NCBI GenBank assembly: GCA_963805945.1
Contig: CAWDVP010000001.1
Location: 288,001 to 352,000, forward strand
Length of the DNA: 64,000 nt
DNA from: Vulcanimicrobiota bacterium
GTDB lineage: Bacteria; Vulcanimicrobiota; Vulcanimicrobiia; Eremiobacterales; Eremiobacteraceae
Direction of reading: 5' to 3'
Position 1 is the first letter of the stretch; every line of letters begins with the position of its first letter. The notes below the pieces were generated by a model that did no database searches, was not told where the DNA came from, and saw only the letters and a list, made by a program, of their open reading frames with translations. A program made the translations under genes and the position numbers. Positions 28,626-40,514 of this stretch are shown in pieces.

Positions 28626-30280
28626 CAATTGATCCGTTTCTCGCGTCCGGCCCATTCCTTGTCGCGCAGCTTGAACTTCTGCACCTTGCCGGTCGAGGTC
28701 TTCGGCAGCGGGCCGAATTCCACTGTCTTCGGCGCTTTGAAGCGCGCGATCTTCTCGCGGCAGAAGGCGATGATGTCCTCCGCCGTCGCGCTCTCGCCCG
28801 GCTTGAGCGTCACGAACGCTTTCGGCACTTCGCCCCATTTCTCATCGGGCACGCCGACCACCGCGGCTTCGAGCACCGCCGGGTGCGCGTAGATGGCGCG
28901 CTCGACCTCGATGGTCGAGATGTTCTCGCCGCCGCTGATGATGATGTCTTTCGACCGGTCGCGCAGTTCGATGTAGCCGTCCGGGTGCATGACGCCGAGA
29001 TCGCCGGAATGGAACCAGCCGCCGCGAAACGCTTTGTCGGTCGCCGTCTTGTCGTTGAAATAGCCCTGCATGACGTTGTTGCCGCGCATGACCACCTCGC
29101 CCATGGTCGACGCGTCGGCCGGCACGTCGCCCATGTGGTCGTCCACCACCCGCAGTTCGGGCGCGTGGATGAAGCCGACGCCTTGCCGTGCTTTGAGGCG
29201 CGAGCGCTCCTCGGCCGGCTTGCCGTTCCACTCAGGCTTCCACTCGCTCACCGTGTGCGGCCCGTAGGTCTCGGTGAGACCGTAGGCATGCGTGAGCACC
29301 GCGCCCATCGACTCGATCCGCTCGATCACCGTCGGCGGCGGCGGCGCGCCGGCGGTGACGATGCGCAGCGGCCGCGGGAATCTGTAGTCCTTCGTCGGCG
29401 TCTCGGAGGCGAGCATGACGAGCACGGTCGGCGCGCCGCACAGATGGGTCACCTGCTCGCGCTCGATCAGCTCGAAGATCGCTTTCGGTTCGACTTTCGG
29501 CAGCGCGATGTGGCGCGCGCCGGCGGCGGTGACGCCCCACGTGTAGCACCAGCCGTTGCAATGGAACATCGGCAGCGTCCACAGGTAGACGCTCTCGCCC
29601 GTCAGGCCTGAATGGTACACCTCGCCCAGCGCGTTGAGGTACGCGCCGCGATGCGTGTACACGACGCCCTTGGGCCTGCCGGTCGTGCCGCTCGTGTAGT
29701 TGATCGAGATCGGCGCCTCTTCGTCGTCGATGCCGAGATTGAACGGCTCCGGGCTGCCGCCCGCGATGAAGCGCTCGTAGGTGGATCCGCGCAGCGCTGC
29801 GTCGCCGGGCTCATCGCCCACCCAGACGAGCGTCTCGAGCTTGGACTCAGCGCGGCCGGGCGCGATGAGCGGCGCGAAGTCCGGATGCGCGATGATCGCC
29901 TTCGCACCGCAATGCTGAAGGATGTAGCCGATCTCGTCCGCGCTGAGCCGGATGTTGATGGCGACGAGGACGCCGCCGATCTGGGGTACGCCGAAGTGCG
30001 CCTCGAGCGCCTCATCCGAATTATACGCGAGCAGCGCGACGCGATCGCCCTTCTCGATGCCGGCCGAGCGTAGGGCACTCGCCAAGCGGTAGACGCGGGC
30101 GGCGAACTCCCCGTACGCGATGCGGCGCTCGCCGTCGACGACGCCCACCTTGTCATGATACACGTGCGCGCTGCGCTCGACGAACATCAGCGGCGACAGC
30201 AGCGAGCGGTTGACCGCGAGGGCGCTCCATTGGTCGCGCGACCAGAGTTTCTGGAATGTCGGCCGATCGACGTCTATCAT
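28625..30280 (-). CDS. Acyl-CoA synthetase (AMP-binding)
   Basis: YTSGTTGRPKG, YGLTE, WFHSGD, KTSTGKVQK. Confidence 0.94.
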   Translation of the reverse strand: MIDVDRPTFQKLWSRDQWSALAVNRSLLSPLMFVERSAHVYHDKVGVVDGERRIAYGEFAARVYRLASALRSAGIEKGDRVALLAYNSDEALEAHFGVPQIGGVLVAINIRLSADEIGYILQHCGAKAIIAHPDFAPLIAPGRAESKLETLVWVGDEPGDAALRGSTYERFIAGGSPEPFNLGIDDEEAPISINYTSGTTGRPKGVVYTHRGAYLNALGEVYHSGLTGESVYLWTLPMFHCNGWCYTWGVTAAGARHIALPKVEPKAIFELIEREQVTHLCGAPTVLVMLASETPTKDYRFPRPLRIVTAGAPPPPTVIERIESMGAVLTHAYGLTETYGPHTVSEWKPEWNGKPAEERSRLKARQGVGFIHAPELRVVDDHMGDVPADASTMGEVVMRGNNVMQGYFNDKTATDKAFRGGWFHSGDLGVMHPDGYIELRDRSKDIIISGGENISTIEVERAIYAHPAVLEAAVVGVPDEKWGEVPKAFVTLKPGESATAEDIIAFCREKIARFKAPKTVEFGPLPKTSTGKVQKFKLRDKEWAGREKRIN

Positions 30281-30293
30281 GGCGGCTCCCCGT

Positions 30294-30319
30294 GGGCCGA
30301 CCTAAAGGTCGGCCCCTAC
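30294..30319 (-). repeat. REP-like palindrome, family B
   Basis: GGGCCGACCT-AA-AGGTCGGCCC-CTAC, identical to the 27783 copy. Confidence 0.85.
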
Positions 30320-30326
30320 AGACGAT

Positions 30327-31921
30327 CTAGATTTCGAGGGCGGCGATGTTGCGTACTGCTTGGCGCGACGTTCGCCAGACCACCAATGCGACGATCGCAC
30401 ACGTGCCGGCCAGGCCGAGCAAGAGGCCCGCCTCGCCATCCCACACGTCGCGATAGCCCATCCGGCTGAGGCCTAGCAGCGCGCCGCACAGCGCGAGGAC
30501 GAACAGCGCGTTGAGGAAGGGCATGATCATGCGCACGCCGCGATTGATGGCGTTGGGGTTCTCCCAATCGAACGACGGGAAGCGCGTGTCGAAGGCGACG
30601 CCGAAGCACACGGTCGCGGCCGCCACGAGCAGAGCGAACGCCACGAGCGCCATGATGTGCGGGAACCCGAAACCGTAGCCGATGCCGAGCAGCACCGCGG
30701 CGACCACGGAGATCGCCGCCGTCTGCAGGTACGACGAGAGGATCTTCGCGGTGAAGATGTGGCGTGGCGACAGCGGCGCGGCCTCGAGCAGCCAGATGCT
30801 CTTGTGCTCGAGCGAGAGCGCGGTCATCCCCGGATTGAGCCCGTCGAGCACGGCGACGAAGCCGATCTGCATCATGGCCAGCTGCACGGTCAGCGGCAGC
30901 AGCGGCGTCTGCGCCTGATGGCCGACGAGCAGATAGCCGATGAAACCGAGCGAGGCGATGTGGTTGAACCATAGCTGCGGCGAGCGGATGACGACGCTGA
31001 TGTCCTTCCACACGATGGCGGCGATCGGCCGCAATCTCGGCGGCGCCCCCGATGAGATCGCCGTAGCGCGCTTCACCGAGACCGACCTGCTCCATCCCTC
31101 CGCGAACCCGAACGACACGAACGCGAGCGCGATCGGGCAGGCGACGAGCGTGATGAACGCGCTGCCCGCGAGCCAGGCCATGGCGCGCCCGAGGTCGCCG
31201 TTGCCGGCATACGCGAGCAGATGGCCCATCCAGCTGCTCGGCAGCCACAGCGGCGTCACCGGGAGCTGCAGCGAGGTGATGTCTCCCTCGATGTGCGCGA
31301 GGCGCGCGAAGCTCAGCAGCCAGAACGTGGTCGGCACGGCGGCGCCGATCACCCATAACATCTCTTTCGCGGCGCGCGGCGGGATCACGCGCAGGGTCAC
31401 GATGGTGACGCTCGCCAGACCCGCGTACAGCACCGCCGGGAAGAGCGACAAGCCGACGATGGAGATGGGATAGGCCCACCACGGCGCAGCGACACCGGCG
31501 AGATAGCCGATGACGAACGGCAGCAAGAAGACGGCGACGTAGACCTCGTTCTGCGCGACCCCGAGGATGAATTTCGCCACGATGAGGCTCGACGAGCGCA
31601 CCGGCATGGCGAGCAGGATCGGCATGTCGGAGGACAGGTACATGTCGTTGAGCGCTTGCCCGAACGCGATGAAGAGGTCGGTGAACAGGTACACCAGGAA
31701 AGCCCAGCTCGCGACGCTGAGCAGCAGCGCGGTGGCGTTGGCGGCGACCAGCGCCCGCACGCCGACGTACGAGCCGATGAATATCATGAACACGAGGACC
31801 GCCGACGCCGCGCCCGCGGCGATGTACAGCTTGCGGCTCGTCCAGTCGCGCTGCGATGCCAAGATGCGGAAGCGGATGAGACGCGAGGTGAGCATGAGCG
31901 TCTCCGCCACCGGACCGCGGT

Positions 31922-31925
<4 letters not shown>
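30327..31925 (-). CDS. Putative ABC-2 type permease
   Basis: Multi-TM; SSD..LL.MP, SLE.KS.WLL..P, P.FDWENP. Confidence 0.85.
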
Positions 31926-32698
<773 letters not shown>

Positions 32699-32713
32699 AT
32701 GGTTATATTATCG

Positions 32714-33758
32714 TCAGCGGGCGGGGGCGGGGCCATAGGCGGCGAGGCTATGTTTCACCTCGGCGGCGACTTCGCGGTCGGCCGGCGCGGGGACGCCATG
32801 TGTGATCTGCAGCGGCTCGGCCTGCCATGACTCCACCGCCCCGTTCCGCAGCCGGATCTCCAGCAGTGCGCTTTGCGTGGCCACGCCCGGCCGCGTGTCG
32901 AAGACGAAGTTACCCAGGCTATAGGCGATGATCCCGTGGTGGTATGTCTCGACCGGGCCCAGGACGTGCGGATGGGCGCCGAGGACCACGGTGGCGCCTG
33001 CATCCACCAGCGCGCGAGCGAGCCTTATGTGATCCGGCGTCGGCGGGCCGACCAGCTCCTTGCCCCAATGCTCGTAGACGATGACGACGTCGGCGTGGTG
33101 GCGCGCATCGCGCACTTCGTGTTCCAGCGCGCGTAGGTAGCTCGCCGTGATCAAGCCGGTGACAGGATCGCGACCCGGCGCGATGCCCGCCGCGTCCTGC
33201 GTCGCGAGGTAGCCACGCGGTATGACCTCCGAGACGCCGAGCAGCGCGAACCGCACGCCGCGCCGATCGAAATATGCCGGCCGTTGCGCTTCTTCTATGT
33301 CACCGCCGGCACCGGTCTCGCCGACACCCGCTTCGCGCAGCGCTTCGATCGTGTCGAAGAGCGCCATCGAAGCCATAATCCATGCTGTGGTTGTTGGCGA
33401 GCGTCATCGCCGCAAAACCTGCGCCCGCGAGACCGCTCGCGGCCACCGGCGAGCCGCGCAGCAAGAACTCCTTGCGGTCTTTGAGCTGTTTCGGCGGCTT
33501 TGCTTTCGTCGCGACGCCGCGATAGGACAGCGGGCATTCCAGATTGCCGACGACCGCGTCCGCGCGAGCCAGGATCGGCCGGATGCGATCGAACGGCGCA
33601 TCCGAGCCGTAGGTCGTCATGAACGAGTCGATGCCCCAGCCGAACATGACGTCGCCCACGACGTCGAGCGTGACGGTTTGGCTCTGTTGCGTCGCTGCGC
33701 GCGCGCCCATCGGGACGAGCGCACAGCAGAGGGCGAACGCGATCAGCAGGCGGGTCAT
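32714..33758 (-). CDS. CapA/PGA-biosynthesis family metallophosphatase, frameshift near 33370
   Basis: GDVM, NLECP, ANNHSMDYG in one frame; HWG.E, GAHPHV, YSLGNFVFD in the next. Confidence 0.88.
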
Positions 33759-33879
33759 GCGTGCCAATCCGGCACATGCGTGAGCGGCTCCCGCAGGGCG
33801 AACGGAATGCCGCTCACTATAGATACGATGCAGCCGGGCGTTCCGATGAGTGTGGCCCGCTATGAGGAACCCGCAGCCG

Positions 33880-35676
33880 TCACAAGAGCGAACCTGTGTC
33901 GTCCGGGCCGAGCATGAACTTGCGCAGGTAGTAGATCGGCGGATCGCCGTGCGAGAGCACCGCGTCGTGGAACGCGCGCAAGCTGTACGCCGCTCCCATC
34001 TTCGTCTGATAGTCCGCGCGCAGCTTGAGCAGCATCAGCTTGCCGAGCGTGTAGTAGCCGTAGAGCGGATCTTGCGTGCCGCGCACGGCTTCGCGATATG
34101 CCGGCTCCTTGCCCATGAACGCGTTGTCCATGAAGAACGTCGTTGCGCTCGCGACGCTCATGCCTTGCGTGTGCTCCTTGATGCCGACGATGTAGCGGCA
34201 GTCGCGCTGCAGCGCGAGCATGAGCTGCAGGACGCGATAGCGCGGGTCGCCGTTGCCCAAACCCTCATCCACCATCATCTGCTCGTCGTAGTGCGCCCAG
34301 CCTTCGCCGAACGCGTTGTTCCATTCGATCTTGCGGATAAGGCTCAGGTCATGCGTCTTGTTGAACAGATAGTTGGTGTAGTGCCCGGGGTATGCTTCGT
34401 GCGACCCGACGATCACCAGACCCGGCCGGTTGAAGAACCGCAGGTGCTGGTTGGCCTGCTCCGGCGTCCAGTTCGGATCGACGATCGTGACGTTGTAATA
34501 CGCCTCGGTCGCCTTGGTCTCCAGCGGCCCCGGCGCGTTCATTGACGCGAAGGACGTCTGCGCCTGGAATTCCGGCGTCTTCACCACCGTGGCGATGGGC
34601 GCGGGCGGCAGGTCGATGATGCTCTTCTCTTTGATGAAGGCGACGAGCGTGTTGAGGTCGGTCTGCGCGACCGCGAGCAGCTGATCGCTTCTGGGATGAT
34701 CCTCCTGGATCGAGGCCACGACCTGTTGGACGGTCTTGTTGGGATCGATCGCGCGCGCGCTCGCGATGATGCCCGCCTTGTCCTTGGCGAGATTCGCCTC
34801 GCCCACGGACAACAGCTGCGCGATGGGGATGTCCGTCGCGTTCTGGTACCGCTCCAGTTCCGCATACGCGGCCGGTCCGATGGCGTACGCGCCATGCGCC
34901 GCCGGCACGACGCTATGATGGATGAACGCGGCGTAGCGCGAGACCGCGGCGATCGCAGCTGCGTTGCTCGCCGCGAATTGCTGTCTTGAGCGATGTGTCG
35001 GTGACGCCGGCGAACGCCAGCGGCACGTCATGCGAGAAGAAATCCACCGCACCGTCGGCGTCCAGGGCTGTTGGCCGACGCGACGATCGGCGCCACGGCT
35101 GATGGACGGATGTTCTTCATCCCTTGGGCGAGCACGCCGGGGATGAGCTTCTCGCGCGCGATCACCAATTGGAGACGCTGCGGCAGCGGCGCGAAATCGC
35201 GCGTCATGATCGTGTAGACGCCGCCCGACACGATGTCGGTGTAGTAGGCCGGGCGGCAGCTGCCAGTCGGGCCGCTCTTCGAGCGTGAAGAGGTTGTTGC
35301 CGATCGACGCTTCGAGCAGCGCCTGGTCGGTGCGGCCGTCGAGCGAGAGCTTGGCGGGGTCGATCTTCTGCAGCTCCGCGAGCGTCGCGTGCTCTCGGTT
35401 CACCTCGAGCTGGATCGCGCCCGGCGTGACCGGATCGAGCTTGGTGTCGTAGGTGTGCACGCCCACCTGCGTGGCGGTGGTCGGACTGAACTTCCACAGG
35501 CCCTGATAGTAGCGCTCGGACAGCACCGCGAGCGCCGCGTCCCCCGCGGCAGGCACCGGCGTTTCGGTGGGCGCCGCCGGCGACGCGCCGGGCGTCATAT
35601 CATCGGCGGCACCGGCTCGCGGCAAGCACAGCGCGCCCGCGATGAGGAGTCCTGCGATGAGTCGGAGTCTAAACAC
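33880..35676 (-). CDS. DUF885-family secreted protein (metallopeptidase-like), several compensating indels in 34985-35260
   Basis: SPT.AT..G.H.YD, HEAYPGHY, EGWAHY.E, Y.LGK..L.LR, FHDA.L. Confidence 0.85.
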   Translation of the reverse strand: MFRLRLIAGLLIAGALCLPRAGAADDMTPGASPAAPTETPVPAAGDAALAVLSERYYQGLWKFSPTTATQVGVHTYDTKLDPVTPGAIQLEVNREHATLAELQKIDPAKLSLDGRTDQALLEASIGNNLFTLEERPDWQLPPGLLHRHRVGRRLHDHDARFRAAAAASPIGDRAREAHPRRARPRDEEHPSISRGADRRVGQQPWTPTVRWISSRMTCRWRSPASPTHRSRQQFAASNAAAIAAVSRYAAFIHHSVVPAAHGAYAIGPAAYAELERYQNATDIPIAQLLSVGEANLAKDKAGIIASARAIDPNKTVQQVVASIQEDHPRSDQLLAVAQTDLNTLVAFIKEKSIIDLPPAPIATVVKTPEFQAQTSFASMNAPGPLETKATEAYYNVTIVDPNWTPEQANQHLRFFNRPGLVIVGSHEAYPGHYTNYLFNKTHDLSLIRKIEWNNAFGEGWAHYDEQMMVDEGLGNGDPRYRVLQLMLALQRDCRYIVGIKEHTQGMSVASATTFFMDNAFMGKEPAYREAVRGTQDPLYGYYTLGKLMLLKLRADYQTKMGAAYSLRAFHDAVLSHGDPPIYYLRKFMLGPDDTGSLL

Positions 35677-36731
35677 GTGCGTTCCCCTTTCGCTGCCGTG
35701 TGGTGGTGATGATGATGTCCGCCGCACGTGCGACCTGCTCGGCGGAGACGTCGAGATGCGCGACTGCTCGGAAACGGCCGCCGCCGATCGCGTGGGCGTA
35801 GACGCCTGCGTCGCGCCACGCGGCGACCAGCGCGGCGTCATCGACGCGCGAAGCCCCGCGCGATGCGAATACGACGATGTTTGTGTGGACGTCTTCGGGG
35901 TCGACCTCGAACTCGCCGCTTTCGTGCAGCGCTCTGGCGAATGCCTTGGCTTTGGCGTGGTCCTCGTGCAGTCGCTTCGGGCCTTCGCGCAACGCGATGA
36001 GCGCGGCGGCGGCGATGACGCCGGCCTGGCGCATGCCGCCGCCGGCCATCTTGCGGACCGCGCGGGCTCGCTCGACGAAAGCGCGGCTGCCAGCCGCCGC
36101 AGATCCGACCGGCGCGCCGAGCCCTTTCGAGAAGCACACGTTCACCGAGTCGGCCGCCGCCGCGAGCGCTGCGGCCGGCACGCCGAGCGCGACGGCGGCG
36201 TTGAACAGCCGGGCGCCGTCGAGGTGGACGGCAGCGCCGTGACGCCGCGCGACCGCGGCGAGTGCTTCGGTGTGGGCGAGCGGGATCGCCCGGCCGCCGC
36301 CGCGATTGTGGGTGTTCTCCAGACAGACCAGCGCCACGCGTCCGGCATGCGCGCTCCGGCCGCAGCGCGTGCTCGAGCTCGTCCGGGTCGATCGCTCCCT
36401 TGCGATTCGGCACCGTCCGCAATTGCACGCCGCCGAGCGTCGTGACGCCGGGCCCTTCGAAATAGAAGATGTGGGCTTCGTCGCCGACGACGACGTCGTC
36501 GCCGCGCTGGCTGTGCGCCAGCACGCTGATGAGGTTGCCCATCGTGCCGCTGGGCACGAACACCGCCGCCTCTTTGCCTAGCGCCGCGGCGGTCTCGCGC
36601 TCGAGCTGCGCGACGGTCGGGTCTTCGCCGTACACGTCGTCGCCGACATCGGCCGCCGCCATCGCAGCGCGCATCGCGGCAGACGGCGCGGTGACGGTGT
36701 CACTGCGCAGGTCGATGTTCAGTTGCTCCAT
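35669..36731 (-). CDS. ltaE: Low-specificity L-threonine aldolase, frameshift near 36350
   Basis: [25 protein letters not shown]; then [32 protein letters not shown]. Confidence 0.9.
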
Positions 36732-38341
36732 TCCCACGGGTTCCAAAACGTCGTCGCGACCGGCGACGGCTGGTAGCCTTTGAGGCTATCGGCGACGAGA
36801 TCGTTGCGCCGCTTCCACCACAGGAACTCCACCGGCGAATCTTCGGCCAATAGCATCTGGATACGCCGATATGCGGCGCGCCGGGTCGGCACGTCGTAGT
36901 GGGTGAGGGCGATGCGCTCCTCCGCGTCGATGCGCGAGTCGCAGATGAACGAGTTGTTGTAGTCGCCGCGCTGATCGCACGCCCACAGCGCGATGTCATC
37001 CGGGTCGAGCCCGCCGATCCAGCCCTCATAGGCGAGGTCGAACTTGCCGCTCCCGAGCACGCCGCCGGCGGTCTTGTCGGCGTAGTAGATGCTGTGCGCG
37101 ACGCCTTTGAGGATGACGACGACGCCGATCGCGCGCAGCTGCTGCTGCACGATCGCGCCGACGCGCTCGCCGTCGTTGGCCTCGCGGTCGAAGACGTAGA
37201 CGAGTTCGAGCCGCTTGCCGTCCTTGGCGCGATAGCCGTCATCTGCGAGCTTCCAGCCGAGAGCATCGAGCGCTGCTGAGGCGGCCTTGGGGTCGTAGTG
37301 CGGCGCCGGCACTGAGGGATCGTATGTGTAGAAGAACACCGGCTGGTCGCTCACCGCCGGATCGGCGCCGTCGTGCATGATGTTGTGGATGAGATAGGCC
37401 TTGTCGATGCCGGCTGCCAGCGCGCGCCGGACCCGAAGATCGTCGAGCGGCGGATGGGTGACGTTGAACGTGAGATAGTAGAACTCGTTGAAGCGCGTGT
37501 GCAGCAAGTGGGTGCCGGGGATGTTCGCGAGCGCCGGCAGCTGATTGATCTGCGGCGAGCCGTAGAGGTCGGCCTCACCGGTGCGCATCATGATGGCGCG
37601 CGTGTTCGAATCGGGCACGACGAGGTAATCGACCTCGCGCAGCTTGGGGGCGCCGCGCCAGTAATGCGGGTTCGCCACCATGGTGATGCCGACCGACTGC
37701 TCGTACTTGGTCACGATGAACGGCCCCGTGCCGATCGGTTTGATGTTGTATGCGGCATGATTGATGCTCTGCATACCTTTGAGGATGTGCGCCGGCAACA
37801 CGACCATGGGTGCGAGGCTCGGCGCGAAGAAGGTCGCCACCGACGGCGCGTACGGCTGTTTGAGCCGGACGACGACGGTCGCCTGGTCCGGCGCGCTCAT
37901 GGACTCGATCTGGTCGTAGCCCGTGCGGGTGACGACGTTGTTCGCCGGGTTCATGATGGCGTGCCAGCTGAAGATGACATCGTCCGCGCCGAAGGGGACG
38001 CCGTCATGCCACTGCACGCCCGTGCGCAGATGGTAGGTGATCGTCCGACCATCGGCGCTGATGCCGCCGTTGTCGCGCGTCGGTATCACGGTGGCGAGCT
38101 CGGGCACGAGTTCGCCCTTCGGGCCTACGCGGAAGAGCCAGGCGCCCCAGAACATCGCCGCGTCGCTCGAGGCGGCGCTCGACGCCAGCTCGGGCACGAG
38201 CGAGTCGATGGTGCCGGCGCCGACGATGCGTACCACGCCCGGATGCGCGTCGTGGCGCTGGGGCGGCTGCGTCGCGGTTTGGACCTTGGTGCACGCCGCG
38301 AGCGCGACGCACACCACGACCGCGAGCGCGACCCGCTTCAA
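36719..38341 (-). CDS. Peptide ABC substrate-binding lipoprotein (family 5)
   Basis: LAAC lipobox, GGIS.DG.T.TYHLR.GV.WHDG, PIGTGPF; TTG overlaps upstream stop. Confidence 0.9.
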   Translation of the reverse strand: MKRVALAVVVCVALAACTKVQTATQPPQRHDAHPGVVRIVGAGTIDSLVPELASSAASSDAAMFWGAWLFRVGPKGELVPELATVIPTRDNGGISADGRTITYHLRTGVQWHDGVPFGADDVIFSWHAIMNPANNVVTRTGYDQIESMSAPDQATVVVRLKQPYAPSVATFFAPSLAPMVVLPAHILKGMQSINHAAYNIKPIGTGPFIVTKYEQSVGITMVANPHYWRGAPKLREVDYLVVPDSNTRAIMMRTGEADLYGSPQINQLPALANIPGTHLLHTRFNEFYYLTFNVTHPPLDDLRVRRALAAGIDKAYLIHNIMHDGADPAVSDQPVFFYTYDPSVPAPHYDPKAASAALDALGWKLADDGYRAKDGKRLELVYVFDREANDGERVGAIVQQQLRAIGVVVILKGVAHSIYYADKTAGGVLGSGKFDLAYEGWIGGLDPDDIALWACDQRGDYNNSFICDSRIDAEERIALTHYDVPTRRAAYRRIQMLLAEDSPVEFLWWKRRNDLVADSLKGYQPSPVATTFWNPWEWSN

Positions 38342-40011
38342 ATCGAGTATTCCCACGTGTTCCAGAACTGCGTCACCGCGTGCGCGGGTTTGTAGTTCTT
38401 GAAGTCGACCGAGCCGATGTCGATGCGCCGGAAGAACCACAGGATGATCGCCGGTTGATCGTCCGCCAGCCGGTCCGAGATCGTGTCGTAGGCCTTCTTG
38501 CGCGTGGCCAGATCGTAGTGCGTGAGCGCGACGTTTTCGGCCGCGTCGATCAGCGGGTCGCAGAGATGGTACGTGTTCTGACCGCTGTTGGTGGCGCTCG
38601 GGATCTGGTCGCACATCCATAGCGTCGAGTTGTCCGGATCGACGCCGTTGTTCCAGGAGTAGTTGCCGATCTCGAACTTGCCGGTCTGCAGAATGCCGCC
38701 GGCGCCGAAACTGGCGAAGAGCTGCGGGCTGAGGTAGTTCTTGATGGTGACCTCGACGCCGACCTTGCGCCACTGCGCCTGCACGACGGCTTCGGTCTGG
38801 ATCGAGTCTTGCCGGCCGGTCGCCCCGGTGAGCTGGACGCTGAGCTTGTCGCCCTGCGCGTTGTGCCGATAGCCGTCGGAACCCATCTTCCAGCCGGCCG
38901 AGTCGAGCAGCTTGCCGGCCATCGCGACGTCGTACGGGTACTTCTTGACGTGCTTGTTGTACGCCCATAGGAACGGCGGCTGATCCGTATCCGCCGGGAT
39001 GTTCACGCCGTGCGAGACCTTCGTGATGAGCTCATCGCGGTCGGTGGCGTAGGTGAGCGCTTGGCGCACCGCTTTGTCGCGCAGCACCGGCACGCTCAGA
39101 TTGAGCCCGAGCTGGCCGTACTGGGTGAACGGCGTGAGATACACCTTCGTGCCCGGGATGTTCTTGAGCTCCTCGTACTGCGACGCCGACGCGTTGTAGG
39201 TGAAGTCCAACTCGTGCGTCTGCAGCTGCGTCAGCAGCGTGTTCTCGTTGGGGATGATGTGGTATTCGACTCTCTTGAGCTTCGGAGGACCGCGCCAGTA
39301 GTTGGGGTTGGCGACCATGGTGATGACGCTGCCCTTCTCCCAGCTCTGCACGATGAAGGGGCCGGTGCCGACCGGCTTGTTGTTGAAGTCCACGTGATTG
39401 ATGTCGGAATACTGCGACAGGAGGTGCTTGGGCAGGACCGGATATGGGTTGCCCGACATGGTGAAGAACGAAGCCACGAACGGCGCAAAACGTTCCTTGA
39501 GATGGACGACGATGGTGTAGTCGTCCTTCTTGTCGATCCCCGCGATGATGTTGTAGCCCACCTGACTGCCGACGTTGTTCTTCGGGTTCATCACCTGGTG
39601 CCAGGTGTAGATGACGTCGTCTGCGGTGAACAGCGGACCGTCTTGCCAATGGACGCCCTTGCGCAGATGATAGGTGACCGCGAGGCCATCTTTGCTGATG
39701 CCGCCGTTCTCGAGCGTCGGTTCGCCCATCGCGAGCTCGCCGATGAACTTGTTCTCATCGGTCCAGTTGAGCAAGTAGCCGCCCCAGAACATAGAGAGAT
39801 CCACTTCGGTCTGCAGGTTGCCGACGACCGGGTTCATCGTATCAGGCTCGGAGTTGTTGCCTATGCGCAAGACGCCGGGGATGGTGTGCCCCTCGCCCGC
39901 GCCGCCTGGGCCGGTGGACGTGCTGATTTTCGTGCAGCCGGAGAACAGCGCGGCGCCCAGCGCCGCGGCAGCGATACAGATCATCACGCGATGCAACATG
40001 CTTGTCGTCAC
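38338..40011 (-). CDS. Peptide ABC substrate-binding lipoprotein (family 5)
   Basis: FSGC lipobox, TYHLRKGV.WQDG, PVGTGPF, FWN.WEY. Confidence 0.92.
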   Translation of the reverse strand: MTTSMLHRVMICIAAAALGAALFSGCTKISTSTGPGGAGEGHTIPGVLRIGNNSEPDTMNPVVGNLQTEVDLSMFWGGYLLNWTDENKFIGELAMGEPTLENGGISKDGLAVTYHLRKGVHWQDGPLFTADDVIYTWHQVMNPKNNVGSQVGYNIIAGIDKKDDYTIVVHLKERFAPFVASFFTMSGNPYPVLPKHLLSQYSDINHVDFNNKPVGTGPFIVQSWEKGSVITMVANPNYWRGPPKLKRVEYHIIPNENTLLTQLQTHELDFTYNASASQYEELKNIPGTKVYLTPFTQYGQLGLNLSVPVLRDKAVRQALTYATDRDELITKVSHGVNIPADTDQPPFLWAYNKHVKKYPYDVAMAGKLLDSAGWKMGSDGYRHNAQGDKLSVQLTGATGRQDSIQTEAVVQAQWRKVGVEVTIKNYLSPQLFASFGAGGILQTGKFEIGNYSWNNGVDPDNSTLWMCDQIPSATNSGQNTYHLCDPLIDAAENVALTHYDLATRKKAYDTISDRLADDQPAIILWFFRRIDIGSVDFKNYKPAHAVTQFWNTWEYSI

Positions 40012-40030
40012 TCCGTTGTGATTGAGGTGC

Positions 40031-40514
40031 CTAGGGACGTAGCGGCCGGCGCTTCGAGCTGATGATCCCGGAGTTCATGCCGGCGACCGTGAGCCCGCCG
40101 TCGAAGCGGGCGTGTTCGACTTTCATGCAGCGGTCCACCACGACGCGCAAGCCCGGCATCGTCGGCAATGCGGATCGCTTCGTCGTTGATGACGCCGTAT
40201 TGGAACCAGATCGCCTTCGCGCCCGCGGCGACCGCGTCGCGCGCGACCTGCGGCGTTTCGTCGGCCTTGCGGAACACGTCGACGATATCGGGCGGGCCGA
40301 GTTCGCGCGCGTAGTCCGCCAAGCTCGCGAAGCAGCGGACGCCGTCCACCTCCTTATAGTCCGGGTTGACCGGGCGCACGTCGAAGCCGTGCGTGCGCAG
40401 ATAGCGGAACACGAAATAGCTCGGCCGCAGCGGGTTGGCGCTCGCGCCGACCATCGCGACGGTATGGCTTGCGGCTAAGAGCTCGCGGCGCTCTTCCGCA
40501 GTGGTGAGGATCAT
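40031..40514 (-). CDS. CoA-binding (YccU-like) protein, frameshift near 40145
   Basis: AMVGAS.NP.RPS, PVNP, VDVFR, AIWFQYG; VVDRCMKVEH in another frame. Confidence 0.85.

Noticed and set aside
36719..38968. 749-aa SBP ORF
   Set aside because: The upstream part is an alternative frame of the neighbouring SBP; the real start is TTG at 38341.
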